From a virus, in IMG/VR virus record IMGVR_UViG_3300042273_000055: a stretch of DNA of 49,502 nucleotides; one strand, 5' to 3'. A program made the translations under genes and the position numbers. Under the pieces are notes generated by a model that had not been told where the DNA came from, did not search any database, and saw only the letters and a program-made list of their open reading frames with translations. Every line of letters starts with the position of its first letter. Position 1 is the stretch's first letter. Of this stretch, positions 7,448 to 16,629 are shown in pieces.

Positions 7448-7656
7448 AACGCCTCCACGCCGCCCTGATCCTGATATGCCTCGCAGCCTGTGTCGCTGTG
7501 ATGATCGGGAAAGAGGTGTTGGTGTATTGGCGCAGACAACATCGCAAGGCAGATAAACGGGAAAGGGTGAAGGCGAATGACGACCATCGCTTACAAAGAC
7601 GGCGTAATCGCATACGACTCACGCCAGACCCGAGGCAGCTCGATCGTCTCGGATAA
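7444..7656 (+). CDS. Small signal-anchor or lipoprotein-like protein (LAAC lipobox-like)
   Basis: MKRLHAALILICLAACVAV followed by a basic tail. It overlaps the next gene by 80 nt, which lowers confidence. Confidence 0.35.
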   Translation: MKRLHAALILICLAACVAVMIGKEVLVYWRRQHRKADKRERVKANDDHRLQRRRNRIRLTPDPRQLDRLG

Positions 7657-8023
7657 CAGCGTTAAGTGCCAGGTAGTTGATGGCGTCAGCTTCTTCCTGT
7701 CCGGCGCCGTCTGCGACGAGAAGGCCCTGATCGCGGCCTACTTTGGCACGCCACCATCCGCGCCAGTCGAATGCTCCGGCTTCGTGGTAGACGACAACGT
7801 GCTGATGATGGTCGGCGTTGACGACAATACTGGTGTCTGGAAGCAGCCGCTAGATCCGGCGAACCCTGACGCCATCGGCAGTGGATCGGCATACGCCCTG
7901 GCCGCGATGGATATGGGAGCAACCGCCGAAGAGGCCGTCCGCGCCGCCATGAAGCGCGACGTATACACGGGCGGAACAATCCGCACGTTCACCATTGGCC
8001 AGGAGGCTGGTCTGGCGGTGTAA
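7577..8023 (+). CDS. HslV/proteasome-beta-like Ntn-hydrolase peptidase (148 aa)
   Basis: The N-terminus is MTTIAYKDGVIAYDS, against E. coli HslV MTTIVSVRRNGHVVIAGDG. AIGSGSAYALAAM..A..AV..AMKRDVYTGG resembles AIGSGGPYAQAAA...DICIYT. Confidence 0.75.
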   Translation: MTTIAYKDGVIAYDSRQTRGSSIVSDNSVKCQVVDGVSFFLSGAVCDEKALIAAYFGTPPSAPVECSGFVVDDNVLMMVGVDDNTGVWKQPLDPANPDAIGSGSAYALAAMDMGATAEEAVRAAMKRDVYTGGTIRTFTIGQEAGLAV

Positions 8024-8043
8024 ACGCAATAGAGGTTCCTGAT

Positions 8044-8562
8044 ATGTCAAAGCAACCCGACTGGGAGGGCATTGAGCGCGCCTACCGGGCGGGGCAGCTC
8101 TCCATTCGCGTGATAGCTGAGCAAAACGGCATCGCGCACAACACCATTCTGAAGCGAGCCAAGAAAGAAGGCTGGCAGCGCGATCTGTCCGATCATGTTC
8201 GGGCCGCGGTGAAGGAGAAGGTGACCAGGGCGGTGACCACTGGCAGTGACCAGTCGCGTGTGGTCACTGAAGCCGAGATTATCGAAGAAGCCGCAGAGGC
8301 AGGCGCCGCTGTAGTGCTGGCTCATCGTTCCGGCTTGGCTCAGTGGCGTGGCATAGCCAATAAGCTGTGCGTTGCCCTGGCTGAGATGGAAGTGACCGAA
8401 GACAACCACGACAAGTTTGCCCGATCCCTAAACGCTGGCGTTGACGCTCAGCTGAAGGTCATCAAGGGCGAGCGCCAAGCCTACAACCTCGACACCGAGG
8501 AGGGCGACAAGACGGTCAGCGACCTGGCCGCACTGATGGACGAGCTATCGACTGAGGCCTGA
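8044..8562 (+). CDS. terS: Terminase small subunit
   Basis: N-terminal HTH (SIRVIAEQNGIAHNTILKRAKKEGWQRDL). The gene sits immediately upstream of TerL. Confidence 0.8.
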   Translation: MSKQPDWEGIERAYRAGQLSIRVIAEQNGIAHNTILKRAKKEGWQRDLSDHVRAAVKEKVTRAVTTGSDQSRVVTEAEIIEEAAEAGAAVVLAHRSGLAQWRGIANKLCVALAEMEVTEDNHDKFARSLNAGVDAQLKVIKGERQAYNLDTEEGDKTVSDLAALMDELSTEA

Positions 8563-8565
8563 CAG

Positions 8566-10050
8566 ATGAAACCCGAGCACCTTGCGAAGCTCCGGGACAA
8601 GCTGTGGCGCCTGAACAACCTGTATTCCATTACCGACAAGGCAGGCAAGAAGACCCGCTTCCGCATGACGGCGGAGCAGCTGGAGTACTTCGAGGGCCTG
8701 CACACTCGGAACATCATCCTGAAGGCTCGCCAGCTCGGATTCACGACTGAGCAGTGCATCATCCAGCTCGACGCGGCCCTGTTCGAGTCGGCCAGGTGCG
8801 CGCTGATCGCTCACACGCTGAATGATGCCAAGCGGCTGTTCAGGGAAAAGATCAAGTACGCCTACGACAATCTTCCGAACGAGATCAAGGCGGCCAATCC
8901 TGCACGCAACGATGCGGCCGGCGAACTGGTATTCGCCAAGGGTGGCTCGCTGTACGTCAGCACGTCATTCCGTGGCGGCACGCTGCGTTACCTGCACGTC
9001 TCCGAGTTCGGGAAGATCTGCGCCAAGTTTCCGCATAAGGCGCGGGAGATCGTCACCGGTGCGTTTGAGGCGGTGGCTACTGACTGCTTCGTCACCATAG
9101 AGTCGACGGCAGAGGGGCGAGCCGGGTACTTCTTCGACTACTCGCAGGCCGCAGAGAAGCAGCAGGCCGCAAAGCAGCCGCTCGGCAAACTGGACTGGAA
9201 GTTTTTCTTCTTCAGCTGGTGGAAGAACGCCGACTACTGGCTAGACCCGGCCGGAACGGTCCTGCCTCAGCGCCTGACAGATTATTTCGCCGAGCTTGAG
9301 GCAAAGCACGGCATCAAGACGAACGAAGGCCAGCGCGCCTGGTACGCCGCCAAGGAGAAAACCCTAGGCGGCGACATGAAGCGGGAATACCCGTCGATCC
9401 CTGCCGAGGCGTTCCAGCAGAGCATCGAGGGCGCCTACTACGCCAAGCAGTTTGCCAAGCTGTACGCACAGCAGCGAATCGGCGTGTTGCCCGACAACAG
9501 CCACCAGCCGGTGCACACCTTCTGGGACATCGGCGTGGGTGACTCGACGGCGATCTGGTTCGTTCGGATCGTGGGCGATGAGTTCCATGTCGTCGACTAC
9601 TACGAGAACAGCGGCGAAGGCCTGCGGCACTACATGAAGGTGCTGAAGGATCGCGGCTACACGTACGGCGATCACTGGGGACCGCACGACATCGACAACC
9701 GCGAGTTCGGTAGCGACGGCAAGACCCGGCGAGAGATTGCCAAGGCGGGCTACGAGATCGACGGCCATCGCTACAGCGTCCGATTCCAGGTAGTACCGAA
9801 GCTGGGCGTAGACGATGGCATTGACCACGTCCGCGAGATCCTGCCTCGCTGCGCCTTTGACGAATCGAAGTGCGAGACGGGAATTGCCTGCCTTGAAAAC
9901 TACCGCAAGGAATGGGATGACAAGCGCGGCTGCTGGAAAGACAAACCGCTGCATGACTGGTCGTCTCACGGCTCCGATGCATTCCGCTATTTCGCTGTGG
10001 CCATGAGTCGCAGAAAGCCTGTAACCGAAACCAAACCTCTACGGATGTGA
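8566..10050 (+). CDS. terL: Terminase large subunit
   Basis: 494 aa with a Walker-A-like ILKARQLGFTT and a C-terminal nuclease region (WDIGVGDSTAIWF ... HDWSSHGSDAFRY). Confidence 0.93.
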   Translation: MKPEHLAKLRDKLWRLNNLYSITDKAGKKTRFRMTAEQLEYFEGLHTRNIILKARQLGFTTEQCIIQLDAALFESARCALIAHTLNDAKRLFREKIKYAYDNLPNEIKAANPARNDAAGELVFAKGGSLYVSTSFRGGTLRYLHVSEFGKICAKFPHKAREIVTGAFEAVATDCFVTIESTAEGRAGYFFDYSQAAEKQQAAKQPLGKLDWKFFFFSWWKNADYWLDPAGTVLPQRLTDYFAELEAKHGIKTNEGQRAWYAAKEKTLGGDMKREYPSIPAEAFQQSIEGAYYAKQFAKLYAQQRIGVLPDNSHQPVHTFWDIGVGDSTAIWFVRIVGDEFHVVDYYENSGEGLRHYMKVLKDRGYTYGDHWGPHDIDNREFGSDGKTRREIAKAGYEIDGHRYSVRFQVVPKLGVDDGIDHVREILPRCAFDESKCETGIACLENYRKEWDDKRGCWKDKPLHDWSSHGSDAFRYFAVAMSRRKPVTETKPLRM

Positions 10051-10052
10051 CC

Positions 10053-11405
10053 ATGAGCAACGACCCGTCCAAAACAATCCCGGCCGTGGACGCCATGCGC
10101 GAGGATTGGGCCATCGTTGCGCCGCTGATGGGCGGCACGAAGGCTATGCGGGCCGCCGGGCGTGCTCTGCTGCCTCAGTACCCGGCCGAAGAGGACGAGA
10201 CCTACAGGGAGCGCCTGCGCCTCTCCACGCTGCTGCCAGCCTACGCTGAGACGGTCAATAATATGACCTCTCGTGTGTTCGCTGAGCCGCTGCAGTTGGG
10301 TGACGACGTGCCGGAGCGCCTGGTTGAGCTGTGCAAGGACATCGATCTTGCCGGTAATGACCTGAACAGCTGGTCGGTTGACCTGTTCCGCCACGCGCTG
10401 AGCCACGGCCTCTGTCACGTGCTGGTTGAGTACCCGCGCGCCGAAGGTCTCCGCACTCGCGCAGACGAGATCGCTGCAGGGGTTCGCCCTTATGCCGTGC
10501 TGATCCGCCCCGAGCAGGTGCTTGGCTGGCGTGTCGACGGCGGCAAGATCGGCCAGTTCCGTTACATGGAGTCGATCGAGGAGGATGACGGCGAGTTTGG
10601 CGTTAAGTCGGTCGCCCAGGTGAGAGTCCTGGAGCCTGGCGTGTGGCGCACCTACCGCAAGGCCGACAATGGCGGCGCATGGGTCCAGCACGACGAAGGC
10701 ACTACCAGCCTCGGCTACGTGCCGCTCGTATCGTTCTACACCGGCCGCACGGGCTTCCTGACGGCAAAGCCTCCGCTGCTCGAACTGGCGCATCTCAACG
10801 TCAAGCATTGGCAGTCCCAGAGCGATCAGGACAATCTCTTGCACGTTGCCCGGGTGCCTCTGTTGTTCACCTTCACCGACGATGATCAGTTCCAGTTGGT
10901 CATCAGTTCCGGCAGCGCGACGCGGATGCCGAAAGACGGTGATGCCAAGTACGTCGAGCACACCGGAGCAGCTATCAACGCTGGCCGGGAGTCGCTGCAA
11001 GACCTGATCGAAGAAATGCGGATGGCCGGCGCCAAGCTGCTGCAGAAAGAAAAGCAGCAGACCAAGACGGCGACCCAGGCGAACGAGGAGGCAGCGCAAG
11101 AGCTGTCCCCGCTGGCTCGCATGGCCAACCAGTTCGCTGATGCCCTCGCGCAGATGCTGCAGGTCATGGCCGACTATCTCGCGCTGCCAGACGGCGGCAT
11201 GGTCGAGATGCGCGGCAACTTCGATCAGGATTGGGCCCCGGAAGTATCGGTACCTCAGCTGCTGCAGATGGCCAACTCCGGCAAGCTCAGCGATGAAACC
11301 CTGTTCGCTGAGATGCAGCGGCGCGGGATCATCAGCGATGAGTACGACTGGGACGCTGAGAAAGAGAAGATCGAGGCGCAAGGGCCTGGCATTGGGGTGA
11401 TCTGA
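10053..11405 (+). CDS. Portal protein (DUF4055-type). An alternative GTG start is at 10047.
   Basis: About 450 aa directly after TerL, with an acidic C-terminus. Size and position are typical. Confidence 0.88.
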   Translation: MSNDPSKTIPAVDAMREDWAIVAPLMGGTKAMRAAGRALLPQYPAEEDETYRERLRLSTLLPAYAETVNNMTSRVFAEPLQLGDDVPERLVELCKDIDLAGNDLNSWSVDLFRHALSHGLCHVLVEYPRAEGLRTRADEIAAGVRPYAVLIRPEQVLGWRVDGGKIGQFRYMESIEEDDGEFGVKSVAQVRVLEPGVWRTYRKADNGGAWVQHDEGTTSLGYVPLVSFYTGRTGFLTAKPPLLELAHLNVKHWQSQSDQDNLLHVARVPLLFTFTDDDQFQLVISSGSATRMPKDGDAKYVEHTGAAINAGRESLQDLIEEMRMAGAKLLQKEKQQTKTATQANEEAAQELSPLARMANQFADALAQMLQVMADYLALPDGGMVEMRGNFDQDWAPEVSVPQLLQMANSGKLSDETLFAEMQRRGIISDEYDWDAEKEKIEAQGPGIGVI

Positions 11406-12520
11406 TGGCAACCGTCAACGAGCGATTGCTTGATGCCGCGATCAGTCATGCCATAGACCTGCAGCAGCTGAGCAACGGCGAGGCGCGCAAGATCATTGCG
11501 TTGCTGAACCGTGCCGACGCAGACCTTCGACGGCGCCTGGTTGCCGCAGTTGAGCGCATGGGAACAGATCGTTTCACGGTCACGCACATGAATAGCGTGC
11601 TGGAGTCGGTGCGCGAACTTAACAAGGCCATTTACGCCGAGATTGGCGAGGAGGTTGTGAAGGTCGTCGACGAGCTGGCCGCTTATGAGTTGGGCTACCA
11701 GCAGACGCTGTTTACGGCCACGCTGCCCAATCAGGTGCTGGTTGCCGTGCCGCTGGCAAATGTGAATCTCGGCCAGGTTCGTGCCGCCGCTTTCGCTAGG
11801 CCATTCCAGGGGCGTCTGCTCAAGGAGTGGCTTAGCGATCTAGAGTCGACCCGCGCGGCGCGCATTCGGGACGCCATCCGTATCGGCATCGTGAACGGCC
11901 AGACGACCGACGAGATCATTCGCGGGATCATGGGGATTCGCGCCGAGGGCTACGCGGACGGCCTGCTACAGCGCAGCCGGCTCGATATCGACGCGATGGT
12001 TCGCACGGCGATCAGTCACACGGCAGAGACGGCACGCGATGCGTTCTACAGCGCGAACGCCGACATCATCGCGGCGCTGACTTGGACCAGCACGATTGAC
12101 GGACGCACAACGCCAGAGTGCCGCATTAGAGACGGGCTGCGCTATGAGGCTGAGACGCATAAGCCGATCGGCCACAAGGTGCCTTGGCTGGCTGGTCCTG
12201 GCCGCATTCACTGGCGCTGCCGATCTACCAGTGTCACGGTGCTGAAGGGCTGGGAAGAACTGGGGTTGTCGCCTGACGAGATCGATCCCGGCACGAGAGC
12301 AAGCATGGACGGGCAAATCCCAGCCGACAAGACCTACGGCCAGTGGCTGTCCGAGCAGAGCGCCGCGCGGCAGGATCAAATCCTCGGCCCGGCACGCGGC
12401 AAGCTGATGCGCCAAGGCGGGCTGAAGATGGATCGCTTCTACAACGACAAGGGCATCTACCTGTCGCTCGACGAACTCCGCGAAAGAGACGCTGCTGCCT
12501 TCGCCAAGGCTGGGCTATGA
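11405..12520 (+). CDS. Mu gpF / SPP1 gp7-like head morphogenesis protein
   Basis: TWTSTIDGRTTPECRIRDGLRY motif. Position directly after the portal gene. Confidence 0.88.
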   Translation: MATVNERLLDAAISHAIDLQQLSNGEARKIIALLNRADADLRRRLVAAVERMGTDRFTVTHMNSVLESVRELNKAIYAEIGEEVVKVVDELAAYELGYQQTLFTATLPNQVLVAVPLANVNLGQVRAAAFARPFQGRLLKEWLSDLESTRAARIRDAIRIGIVNGQTTDEIIRGIMGIRAEGYADGLLQRSRLDIDAMVRTAISHTAETARDAFYSANADIIAALTWTSTIDGRTTPECRIRDGLRYEAETHKPIGHKVPWLAGPGRIHWRCRSTSVTVLKGWEELGLSPDEIDPGTRASMDGQIPADKTYGQWLSEQSAARQDQILGPARGKLMRQGGLKMDRFYNDKGIYLSLDELRERDAAAFAKAGL

Positions 12521-12527
12521 TGGAGAA

Positions 12528-12782
12528 ATGAGCGACCAGAAGCCGAAACTCCACGTCATCGACGGCACACCTGCACCGGATAGCCCGGCAGAGCAAGTGC
12601 GCAAGCGAATGCGCGCCATGCCAAAGCCGGCGAGCATGATCCAGTGCGGGCGATGCGGTTCGCGCGAAGTGCTGGAAACCAAAATCGGCATGCTCTACAA
12701 GAACGGCAAGGCCAGCGGAGGCACGAAGCAGATCCTGTGCGCGTCATGCTTCATGCGTGGCGAGCGCGTAGTGCTTTGCTGA
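12528..12782 (+). CDS. Small zinc-ribbon protein
   Basis: CGRCGS...CASC pairs in 84 aa. Confidence 0.55.
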   Translation: MSDQKPKLHVIDGTPAPDSPAEQVRKRMRAMPKPASMIQCGRCGSREVLETKIGMLYKNGKASGGTKQILCASCFMRGERVVLC

Positions 12783-12801
12783 CCTGATAGCGATACCCAA
12801 G

Positions 12802-12824
12802 ACCCGGCCAAGCGCCGGGTTTTC
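12802..12824 (+). terminator. Rho-independent terminator 1
   Basis: ACCCGGC-CAAGC-GCCGGGT followed by TTTTCC. Confidence 0.65.
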
Positions 12825-12833
12825 CATTTCTAG

Positions 12834-12860
12834 AGCCTCGCCATCGTGCGGGGCTTTTTA
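12834..12860 (+). terminator. Rho-independent terminator 2 (tandem)
   Basis: GCCTCGC-loop-GCGGGGC (one G-U pair) followed by TTTTT. Confidence 0.6.
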
Positions 12861-12941
12861 TTGCCCGCAGTTTCGGATGGGACGGGGCGCCACCGGGCCG
12901 GATGGCTCAACGCAATGGCCGGATGGCCGGAGAAAGACGAG

Positions 12942-13679
12942 ATGAAACTGAAGCTTGACGAAAACGGCAACGCAGTCCTGCAAGAAGGCAAGCCGGTCTA
13001 CGTGCACGATGATGGCAAGGAGCTGGCGGTGGATGTCGCCCAACTCACTAGCCGTGCGCAGTACCTGGCAGGCGAGGCAGAGAAGGCTTTCCAGCAGCGC
13101 GACGAAGCCAAGAAGGCCCTCAAGGCTTTCGAGGGTCTTGAAGACCCGGCAGCTGCACGCAAGGCGCTGGAAACCGTCGCAAGCCTCGACCAGAAGCGGC
13201 TGATCGATGCCGGCGAAGTCGAGAAGGTCAAGTCGGAGATCAGCAAGGCCTTCCAAGCCCAGCTGGACGAAGCCAACACCAAGGCGCAGACCCTTGAGCA
13301 GCAACTGTACGGCGAGAAGATCGGCGGCAGCTTCGCTCGCTCCAAGGTCATCGCCGAGAAGCTGGCTGTCCCGGCAGACATGGTGCAAGCCACCTTCGGG
13401 AATCGCTTCAAGATCGAGGACGGCAAGGTCGTCGCCTATGACGCCAACGGCAACAAGATCTTCAGCCGTGCGCGCCCAGGTGAGCTGGCCGACTTCGATG
13501 AAGCGCTGGAAACCCTCGTCGAGCAGTACCCCTACAAAGACCACATCATGAAGGGTTCCGGTGCCAATGGCGGCGGCGCTCCGAATGGAAACGGTCAGCC
13601 CCCCAAGCCTAAGGGCAATCTCGGCGGCAGCAAAGAAGAGCGCCTGGCCGCGATCAACGCCCAAATCCAGAACGCGTAA
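12942..13679 (+). CDS. Head scaffolding protein
   Basis: ATG at 12942. Highly charged, Ala/Glu/Lys-rich helical protein directly upstream of the capsid gene. Confidence 0.8.
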   Translation: MKLKLDENGNAVLQEGKPVYVHDDGKELAVDVAQLTSRAQYLAGEAEKAFQQRDEAKKALKAFEGLEDPAAARKALETVASLDQKRLIDAGEVEKVKSEISKAFQAQLDEANTKAQTLEQQLYGEKIGGSFARSKVIAEKLAVPADMVQATFGNRFKIEDGKVVAYDANGNKIFSRARPGELADFDEALETLVEQYPYKDHIMKGSGANGGGAPNGNGQPPKPKGNLGGSKEERLAAINAQIQNA

Positions 13680-13692
13680 GAGGAAATAGCCA

Positions 13693-14682
13693 ATGGCACT
13701 GTCCGACATGAAGGTGTTCAACGAGTACCTGAAGAACACCACCGTCGAAACCATCGCCCAGATGGTCGAGAAGTTCAACGCCGCGTCGAATGGCGCGATC
13801 CGCCTGACCCCGCAGGGCATCGATGGCGACTTCCTGCAGGAATCCCTGTGGGCTGGTCTGCACTCCGCTCAGCGCCGTGTTGACCGCTACGCTGCCAACG
13901 GCGCGCAGTCGGCCACCGCCCTGGCGCAGGTTCAGGCCAACAGCGTCAAGGTTGCTGGCGGCTTCGGCCCGATCCTGTGGGAGCCGTCCCAGCTGTCGTG
14001 GATTCAGAAGAACCCTGCAGAGGCGCTGGAGGTCATCTCCCGCAACCTGTCCGAAGCCATCATGGCCGACCAGCTGAACACCGCTATCGCCGCCCTGGTT
14101 GCCGCGATCAGCAACGTGGCCGGCGCCACCAACGACGTGTCCGCCACTGCAGGCGTGACCTACGGCGCGATCAACGGCGCTCACGCCAAGTTCGGCGACG
14201 CCTCCGGCCTGCTCGTGGCCCAGGTGATGACCGGCGAGGTGTTCCATAAGCTGGTCGGCCAGAACCTGGCCAACGCGCAGCAGCTGTTCAACAGCCAGTC
14301 GGTCAACATCGTCGACATCCTGGGTCGCCCGGTGATCGTTACCGATGCCCCGGCGCTGTTCGCCGCTGGCGACCCTGCGGCGACTCCCGCTGTGCCTGCC
14401 AAGCAGAAGGTGCTGTCCCTGGCCGACTCCGCGGCCATCGTCCACGACGGCAGCGACGTGGTTACCAGCGTCCAAACCAGCAACGGCAAGGAGCGTATTG
14501 AGACAACCTTTCAAGCGGATTATTCGTTTGGTCTCGGCCTTAAGGGTTTTGCCTGGGACATCGCCAACGGCGGCAAGTCCCCGACCAACGCCGAGCTGGC
14601 GACCGGTTCCAACTGGGACCTGTTCGTCAACAGCGTGAAGTCGAGCGCTGGCGTGATCACCATCGGCGACGCTTCCAAATAA
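13693..14682 (+). CDS. Major capsid protein
   Basis: 329 aa after the scaffold gene, with a strong RBS (AGAGGAAATAGCC) and very high GC3. Confidence 0.88.
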   Translation: MALSDMKVFNEYLKNTTVETIAQMVEKFNAASNGAIRLTPQGIDGDFLQESLWAGLHSAQRRVDRYAANGAQSATALAQVQANSVKVAGGFGPILWEPSQLSWIQKNPAEALEVISRNLSEAIMADQLNTAIAALVAAISNVAGATNDVSATAGVTYGAINGAHAKFGDASGLLVAQVMTGEVFHKLVGQNLANAQQLFNSQSVNIVDILGRPVIVTDAPALFAAGDPAATPAVPAKQKVLSLADSAAIVHDGSDVVTSVQTSNGKERIETTFQADYSFGLGLKGFAWDIANGGKSPTNAELATGSNWDLFVNSVKSSAGVITIGDASK

Positions 14683-14688
14683 CCGATA

Positions 14689-14718
14689 GGGGCGGGCTCC
14701 GGCTCGCCCCGTTTCTCT
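14689..14718 (+). terminator. Hairpin or partial terminator after the capsid gene
   Basis: GGGGCG-GGCTCCGGCT-CGCCCC followed by GTTTCTCT. Confidence 0.5.
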
Positions 14719-14728
14719 GGAGACTGAA

Positions 14729-15001
14729 ATGTCCGAACAGAAGATTGCATACGAAAAACACCCGGTGTCGCCGGAGCGCAAGGCCGAACTGCGCAGCCAG
14801 GGCTTCAAGATAATCGATATCCAGTTCAAGCCTAAAGATGCTGATGGCGAGCCGGAAGCAGGTGGCACTGGCCGCAAACCTTCCCATGGCCTTCGCGTCG
14901 ATGACATCAAGGCCAAGTTGACCGAGAAGGGCATCGCCTTCAATGACGGCGCAGAGCGCGCCGAACTGGCCAAGCTGCTCGATGAAGCTCCTCAGGAATA
15001 A
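14729..15001 (+). CDS. Hypothetical protein with a HeH/SAP-like C-terminus
   Basis: LRVDDIKAKLTEKGIAFNDGAERAELAKLL resembles a HeH/Rho-N-type motif. Confidence 0.55.
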   Translation: MSEQKIAYEKHPVSPERKAELRSQGFKIIDIQFKPKDADGEPEAGGTGRKPSHGLRVDDIKAKLTEKGIAFNDGAERAELAKLLDEAPQE

Positions 15002-15004
15002 GTC

Positions 15005-15376
15005 ATGACCGAGTACATCACCATCGCGCAGGTCGACGGCCTGCTGGGATCCGACTGGACCACCGAAGACAAGAAGGCCCGCGCGGTGCTGATGGCTAAC
15101 ACTTGGCTCAGCGCAAAGCCGCTGCCGGCGTTTTCAGAGGTTCCGGCTGCCGTGGTGCAGGCAGGCGCGGAAATCGCACGGGAGGCCGCCGCAGGGGCGC
15201 TGTATGGCGCAACTGAAACCGGCGTAACGAGCAAGTCCGTGACGGCTGGCGAGGTGAGCAGCAGCAAGTCCTATTCGGCTAGTTCGCGCAAGCTGACTGC
15301 CGGCGAGGTGTTTGCAGAGGCTTTGCTGCTGCCCTATCTGGGCAGCGCTAATCAGGTTCGACTGGTGCGCGGCTAA
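15005..15376 (+). CDS. Head-tail connector (DnaT-like / gp6-like adaptor)
   Basis: Position, and an N-terminus (ITIAQVDGLLGSDW...KARAVLMANTWLSA) typical of adaptor proteins. Confidence 0.65.
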   Translation: MTEYITIAQVDGLLGSDWTTEDKKARAVLMANTWLSAKPLPAFSEVPAAVVQAGAEIAREAAAGALYGATETGVTSKSVTAGEVSSSKSYSASSRKLTAGEVFAEALLLPYLGSANQVRLVRG

Positions 15377-15759
15377 TGGGGTTGCGCGACGAGCTGACCG
15401 CAGACATTGCGGAGGCATTCGACGAAGACCTGGCTGATGCAGTGACAGCATTCACTGGCACGCAGCAGGGTGAAGACGATTACGACCCGGTTACGGGGGC
15501 AATGACGCCATCGGTGACAGCCTACGCCGGGCGCGGAGTATTTGGCAGCTACTCGAACGACGAGATAGACGGCTCTTCGATCCTCGCGACAGACGAGCGA
15601 CTTACAGCTCTGCAGGCTGAGGTGATGGTAACTGAGGCTGGAAATCCGACCGAAACCAGGGCGACCCCAAAGGTCGGCGACATGATCGCAGGCAAGCGCG
15701 TCATTCAGCTTGGGAAAGACCCCGCCGGAGCAACTTGGATAATTCAGCTGAGGGCGTAA
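15376..15759 (+). CDS. Putative head-closure or neck protein
   Basis: Called on position and coupling (TAATG). No specific motif. Confidence 0.5.
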   Translation: MGLRDELTADIAEAFDEDLADAVTAFTGTQQGEDDYDPVTGAMTPSVTAYAGRGVFGSYSNDEIDGSSILATDERLTALQAEVMVTEAGNPTETRATPKVGDMIAGKRVIQLGKDPAGATWIIQLRA

Positions 15760-15761
15760 CG

Positions 15762-16157
15762 ATGTCGTTCTCTGATGATGTTCGTCGGTTTGCGGTCAAG
15801 GCCGCGGAGGCGCACGACAAGATCGCGCGTACCGCAGCCCTTGAGTTGTTCTCCAGCGTGATCCGATCGACTCCGGTCGATACCGGCCGAGCCCGCGGTA
15901 ACTGGCAGACCTCGGTCGGCCAGCCAACGCCAAACGAGATCGACCGAGACGACAAGAGTGGCGCGCAGGCGCTGACAGAGGTTCAGGCGAAAACGCCTGA
16001 GGGCGCAGGTCAAGAGGTGTTTTTGACAAATAACCTTCCCTACATTTACTCGCTCGAATTCGGGAGCAGCAAGCAAGCCCCTGCCGGGATGGTCAGGATC
16101 AACTTCGCCAGGGTGCAGAAGATGGTCGCCGTGGCCGTCGCCAAGAACAAGGTGTGA
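15762..16157 (+). CDS. HK97 gp10-family tail-completion/neck protein
   Basis: TPVDTGRARGNWQ motif and LPYIYSLEFG. Confidence 0.78.
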   Translation: MSFSDDVRRFAVKAAEAHDKIARTAALELFSSVIRSTPVDTGRARGNWQTSVGQPTPNEIDRDDKSGAQALTEVQAKTPEGAGQEVFLTNNLPYIYSLEFGSSKQAPAGMVRINFARVQKMVAVAVAKNKV

Positions 16158-16567
16158 CCATGTCTCATAAGCTGATTCGTTCGCTGCTCCAGGGCAGGCT
16201 GAACGCCTTCGCGACTGCGCGCACGATCCCGGTTGCGTGGGAAAACGTTCAATTCGTGCCTCCTGCAGGGCAATACCTTCGCTTCAACCTGCTCAAAGCG
16301 CCGACCGACAGCGCCGACCTGGCCGGAGCGCACCGCGAGTACAGCGGCGTGTGCCAGATCAGCGTGTTCGTGCCGAAAGGCAAGGGGCCGACAGAGGCGG
16401 AAACGCTGGCCGCTGACATCGCCGAGCTGTTCCCGCTGAACGATCGCCTCACGTCCGGCAGCTTCGCCCTGCAGATCACGAGCCCCTGCAGTGAAGGCCC
16501 GCCGATCAATGAAGACACCCATTTCATGCTCCCGGTTAGCTTCACCTACCGGGCCGACACGATTTAA
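16154..16567 (+). CDS. Tail terminator-like protein (DUF4128-like). An alternative ATG is at 16160.
   Basis: Position immediately before the major tail gene. About 135 aa. Confidence 0.65.
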   Translation: MTMSHKLIRSLLQGRLNAFATARTIPVAWENVQFVPPAGQYLRFNLLKAPTDSADLAGAHREYSGVCQISVFVPKGKGPTEAETLAADIAELFPLNDRLTSGSFALQITSPCSEGPPINEDTHFMLPVSFTYRADTI

Positions 16568-16587
16568 CCGCCCGTTGGGCAATCCAG

Positions 16588-16611
16588 AGCCGCCGAAAGG
16601 CGGTTTTTTTA
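16588..16611 (+). terminator. Rho-independent terminator
   Basis: CCGCC-GAAA-GGCGG followed by T7. Confidence 0.8.
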
Positions 16612-16629
16612 TACCCAGAGGAAAAATTC

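Noticed and set aside
12846-12941. The upstream start for the scaffold gene (the ORF-track start at 12846)
   Set aside because: That start lies inside the second terminator hairpin. The ATG at 12942 gives the typical MKLKLDENG N-terminus.
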